Shown here in pieces: positions 46,706 to 48,614 of a stretch of 48,614 nucleotides of DNA. Both the position numbers and the translations under genes were made by a program. Below the pieces are notes generated by a model. It saw nothing but the letters and a program-made list of their open reading frames with translations, did not search any database and had not been told where the DNA came from. Location of the stretch: the NCBI GenBank assembly GCA_003427395.1, contig BFEA01000043.1, forward strand, positions 4,514,632 through 4,563,245, written 5' to 3'. Numbering within the stretch: the stretch's first letter is position 1; each line of letters opens with the position of its first letter. Source of the stretch: Chara braunii (Eukaryota > Plantae > Charophyceae).

Positions 46706-47323
46706 TATGGGATGAGAAGTACCCAATACCTATCCCATACTAACACCCAGTGTGTGTGTAGGATTTCCCCCCCCCAAGATGAGTCCTACTATAGTCTAAG
46801 TTCGCTTTGTGTGGGCTCTCGTACAAGCGCCATAGTGACGGAAAACATACTGGTTGTACCCAGGCTTGACCATGGCAACCCCACGGACTAGTACATATTG
46901 ACGAGACTGACATATTGGAGGGTTCAAGTGGGCACGTGGAGGTATCGACGATTTCGACAGTTTTTTGGTTATCGACATTCTAGGCAGTAAACCCTCCCCT
47001 CTGCATCATTTCAATCTCAGTAGGTGCCCTGAAGAACACACGGTTTCAGATCCCGGTGCGTAAAGGCAATCTGCTAATGATTGTCTCAGAGGACAACCCC
47101 TGAGGATGCAGGCTCAATCTGTATCGCCCCAGCTCTAGTCGAGACGACACACTAACCTGCAGTCACTGCCCGCACCTTGCCACATACGTTTTCTATGACA
47201 CAAACGACCCCTCGACCTTTCCGGTCAGGGCGCTCTCTAATAATTTTAACTTCCCTAGCAAACGTTGAAACCACATGCGCATATGCTAAATAAATTTAGG
47301 GGAAACTACGTGGGAGTCAACCA

Positions 47324-47468
47324 AATGGGTTATAATTGCACTGTGGGCCAAGATACAGTTTCAAATTGCAGTTCGGACAATGTATACAACCCAACTTTCT
47401 AGCCAGGTAGGGTGCCCGAGTGCAATTGCAAACTGTATTTTAGCCCATTGTGCAACTATAACTCATTC
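47324..47468. mobile_element. Foldback MITE-like inverted repeat (~55-bp arms)
   Basis: AATGGGTTATAATTGCACTGTGGGCCAAGATACAGTTT matches the reverse complement of AAACTGTATTTTAGCCCATTGTGCAACTATAACTCATT. Confidence 0.7.
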
Positions 47469-48296
47469 TTGTGAATTTATTAACCTAGTCACCTTAGTCG
47501 GGGCCAAGGCGCTTGCCACACGAACAAAGTTGACGCGTCAGCGCCTCTTTCGGCCACTGAGGCCACACCCTATGTGATCTTCACAAACCCGAGCAAATAC
47601 GCTTGTAAGGGTATTTGCTCCAACACAGTTTTGCCTGGATGGATATCCAGGGAACCGGTGCCCCGAGTAGCATCTACATGCATGTTGTGACTGTGTAAAA
47701 ATGGCTGGGAAATGCACTGCCTTCTTCCGCCGAATTCAACGTGCGGTCATTCTAGTTGTGTTTAGACTGAAAGATACCCGAAATTCAGCTATAATGACAA
47801 TACGTTGTATTCGGGGGAAGACTGTAGGGGGATTGGCGTCCAAGATGGCAGTTCTGCACCCGTGGGATGAGGACACCATGGAATCGTGGATGAAAGGAGC
47901 ACAACCTTCTTCGGCACCTACCTCGCGTGCAAGCCACATGAGGCGTCAACAGCCCAGCCGAAGCACGTGCTGTCCCCGAAAATTTTTCCCTCAATATGTC
48001 ACTTCTCTTAGGGACTGGTTCCAAACAGTCTCACTGTCCATATGCCCGCATTCTTACAGCGTCCTCACACAGTGGGCCTCGCCTGAGCGCTCAGTAAATG
48101 TGGAAAATAAGAATGTATCTCCCCCCGAAAAGTGGGCAGCTACACCGCCATTGTTTTTGTCTTTTTTTTTTTTTTTTTTTTGAACTGTGAATAGTTGAAA
48201 TCACAGTTGTGGTCGAGGCCGTGGGTCTGGTCCCATTCCTCCCATAACAGCCGAGGTGTGGTTTTTGTCCTTCTTCACTTTCCTTTTTTTTTTTTT

Positions 48297-48537
48297 GGAT
48301 AATTTGCGAAATACACCTATAAGTTGAGGTATGTACCAAAATGCCCCTAAAAGATCTAGGTATACCTGAATGGCCTTTTGGGCCGATTTCTTTGCGTTTC
48401 GCCCCTGTCAGGCCCATGTGTAAATTTGCAATCTGGACCGCGTTTTGGGGGCCTAGCCTGCACCCTGTTTTACCCGGTTTGCCCTTCATAACGGGTTGGC
48501 AACTTTGCGCAATACCCAGGCCCGTCGGCGAGGTTCC

Positions 48538-48540
<3 letters not shown>
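48297..48540 (+). mobile_element. Probable left arm of another Mutator-like element
   Basis: Starts GGATAATTTGCGAAATACACC after poly-T, has periodic GCCCCT-like motifs, and runs into a microsatellite like the other two; partner TIR would lie outside the window. Confidence 0.45.

Positions 48541-48614
<74 letters not shown>

Overview
Eukaryotic, repeat-dominated DNA from a draft assembly (six N-gaps, many GA/CA/poly-A tracts), with no intact host gene. The repeat families suggest a streptophyte alga or early land plant such as Chara (inference, not proven). (1) An ~8.2-kb minus-strand Penelope-like retroelement (38529-46705) bounded by 367-bp direct repeats. It carries a decayed Naiad/Chlamys-type RT with no visible GIY-YIG endonuclease, a large unknown upstream ORF, a possible third decayed gene, and a type I hammerhead ribozyme co-oriented with the RT at 39953-40012. 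(2) Two divergently oriented, decayed L1/Tx1-like LINEs (22212-25430 minus; ~25930-31177 plus), plus several short poly-A-tailed 3' fragments that share a covarying stem-loop. (3) A TTAA-targeting MITE family forming nested and head-to-tail clusters, Mutator-like and Harbinger-like MITEs, and tRNA-derived SINE heads. (4) An unknown coding exon with a 49-aa His-rich repeat under apparent purifying selection (3246-4316), followed by decayed coding-like sequence and several structured tandem arrays.
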